Of a DNA stretch of 64,000 nt, positions 61,451-64,000 are shown in pieces. Made by a program: the position numbers and the translations under genes. Numbering within the stretch: the first letter of the stretch is position 1; each line of letters opens with the position of its first letter. Location: the NCBI GenBank assembly GCA_013239625.1, contig MU054323.1, forward strand, positions 7,057,220 through 7,121,219, read 5' to 3'. This DNA is from Lama guanicoe (lineage: Eukaryota). Below the pieces are notes generated by a model. It saw nothing but the letters and a program-made list of their open reading frames with translations, did no database searches and was not told where the DNA came from.

Positions 61451-63509
61451 ATCACCCCTCCTTTTCAACAAACCCTCAAACAGCTGTCCCTCACCTGCAA
61501 GATAAAGTCCGGAGTCCTTCCCCAGGAGGTCAGAGCTTCTTGTGCCCTAAGGACTCGCAAGACTTCTGCTTGGTACCTCCTCTGCATCTACCCTGAGCCA
61601 TTCCTGTCCCTGAAGAGGCTGTTCAAATTCTTGAGCCTTAAAAATATTCATACCTCTTGACTCAGTTTTTGGAAATCTATCCTAAGGAAATAATCCAGAA
61701 AGTGAAAAAAGCTGTAATATATACACACTAATTTCAATGTTATTTTTAATAGCATGAAAGTATAAACAAGATGAATGTCAAATAATACAGAAGCCATTCA
61801 GGAAATGATTATAGGTCTTCTCCGTGGAATTTTAAGGCACATTAACAATGATAATTATGATGACAATTCAGCAACAGGAAAAATACTTATGAAGTAGATG
61901 AAGGGACCAGAGTGTTCACATATATGGAGCACCTGCTGTGTGCCAGCTCGCAGTAGGTGCTTTGCTCATTTCCTACAGATGAGGAAACCAGCAGAGGGCT
62001 TGGATGACCTGTCTGAGGTCACACAGCCCATAGTCCCAGTTTTGCTTAATTCCAAAGTGTGTTCTTTCTGTGCTATAGAACACAAAACTGTATTTACATT
62101 GTGATACAATTCCTGTTTGGACTGACAATACTGAGGATGAATCTTTAAAAACTGTTTTCTGTGAATATTTTTTAAACTATTCAACAGTTTTATTGAATGC
62201 CCATTCTACACTGGTAGCTAGATGCCAAAGAGCTCCCAGGCAAGCTTGAGTTCCACAACCACGTCTACACATAATCCTTTACTGAACGGTTTCTCTTGCC
62301 TGGACTGCACCTCCTCCTCCCTGACACATCCTTAAAGGCTCTGCCTAAATTCTACCGCCCCTGAGAAGTCTTCCTTAACCAACCCAGCCTAAGGAGCATG
62401 TACTTCCCTTTGAGTCGCTGTAACACATGAAACTTTCCTTGAGAAACATCACTGCACCCAGGCTGGCTTATATTTTATTTGCTGATTGTGTCTTTTCTCT
62501 CCAGCTAGGCTGTAAGAGCCCCGAAAGGGGTTGTGGGAAGGCTCTGGCATGACACTGGCTCTTGTGCCCTCAGGAGCAGGTCAGCGTCCTACGTCAAGGT
62601 CCTCTGCCAGGTACCACCGCCACTCAGAGGAGGTCTACTTTGCCTTTGTTATATGCCACCTTTTAAAAAACTTCTTATTTTGAAATACAGACTCGCAGGT
62701 TATTGCAAAGAAATGTACAGGAAGGGCCCCTGCACCCTTCTCCCCTAGCCTCCCTCAGTATCAATACCAGGAAATCAACATTGGTACAATCCACTGACCT
62801 GGTTCAGATTTCATCATCAATTATACATAACTTTTTTTTAAATCACCTATCTTAGGAGGTTTTTTTCCTACTTAAGCTTTTTCTAATTTTCTTTTGCTTC
62901 ATATCCCCTGCCTGACATATTTACTCTCACTTCAAATCTCTATACACACCATTGCTCCAAAGTCAGAGGGCCTTCCCTGTCTGTTCCTGGCCCTGTTCCA
63001 TGCTCCCTGTGTGATCTTGGGCAAATTAACGAGCCTCTCTGAGCTTTGGGTTTCTCACCTGAAAAGTGACAACACCTCATGAGATTTTTTAAAAACGGTA
63101 CTTAGGTTAGGCATATAATGTAATAGGCTCTCAGGAAATATCTGTGTTTTCCTTCTTCCCTCTTGCTACCTGGGAAGCCCTCTTTCTCACAATTGAATGG
63201 AATCCTTCTCTTATAAATAATGTTCAAAATTAGTCTCCTCTGACAAGTTCCCATCCCATCTCTAGTTACCTCAGCAATCCCGTTCTGTGGACATGTAACA
63301 TTTAATTAGAATGACCCTGAGTGCATGTTCCACATTCTTGTTGTGTGTACTTTCGTTTCTATTTTTGCCTCTCAACAATGCGAGGTATTTGAGGGCTAAA
63401 ACCTCCATGCTTTAGTTTCTACACATCAACAAATTAGATAAGAGCCTAGGTTTGGTGCCAACTGCAAAACGAGGTTAATTGTATCGGCCTCATGGACTTT
63501 CCCCCTCCT

Positions 63510-63868
63510 TTTCCCCAGATTTATTGAGATATAATTGACATACAGCTCTGCACAAGTCTGAGGGGTATAGCATAATGACTTGACTTATATCTATTGCAAA
63601 TTGATTACCACAATAAGTTTAAACATCCATCTCCTTAAACAATTACAAAGAAAAACATTTTTTCCCTTGTGATGAGAACTGTTCAGATCTACTCTATCAT
63701 TAACTTTATTTTTTTAATTTTATCTTTTATTGAAGTGTAGTTGATGTACAATGCTAGTTCCAGGTGTACAGCAAAGCAGTTCAGTTATAGATATACATAT
63801 GTATTTTTCAGATTCTTTTCCATTATAGCTTATTACAAGAAATTGTAGTTCCCTGTGCTATACAGTAG
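63510..63868 (-). mobile_element. Two adjacent L1 3' ends (older L1MA-like 63510-63705; lineage-specific 63706-63868)
   Basis: tttattgagatataattgacatac... followed by ttttattgaagtgtagttgatgtacaatg...ccctgtgctatacagtagg. Confidence 0.8.
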
Positions 63869-64000
63869 GGGTTTCACAGACTTTCTGTAAAGAGTAAATG
63901 AATGAACGCAGGTGAAACAGCCTGGTGCCTGGCACAGACAAACTGGAAACACCGTAGCTGCTGCTGGTGGTCATGGTGACACTTGCTCAGTTGTGTTTCT

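Noticed and set aside
1..64000. CRISPR array, operon, prophage or other prokaryotic system
   Set aside because: No regularly spaced repeats with unique spacers and no dense ORFs; the sequence is typical mammalian intergenic and intronic DNA.

Overview
Mammalian genomic DNA, very probably camelid: nine copies of a tRNA-Ala(AGC)-derived SINE of the Vic-1 type, most with visible target-site duplications (TSDs). It is repeat-rich: L1, L2, MIR, MaLR/ERVL LTRs, hAT MITEs and a roughly 4.5-kb decayed ERV-L-class provirus at about 27.3-31.8 kb. The only gene I recognise starts in the CpG island at about 39.3-40.45 kb. Its + strand first exon ends ccgccaagATGTACG|gtaagg (7 coding nt, M-Y-G), which fits EFR3B (N-terminus MYGVCGCCGALRPRYKRLV, recalled). 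I did not find exon 2, so 39.8-64 kb is probably intron 1; by human synteny (inference) the left part is the DNAJC27-EFR3B interval. There is no prokaryote-type system. The best unexplained signals are: (i) a candidate three-exon antisense ORF of 115 aa with an MGxxxS start inside intron 1 (43.0-43.7 kb); (ii) a 157-codon minus-strand frame with one internal stop at 6.6-7.06 kb that weakly resembles bornavirus proteins; and (iii) a stop-start uORF pair in the EFR3B leader. All three are hypotheses, and repeat subfamily names come from recalled consensus sequences, not a database search.
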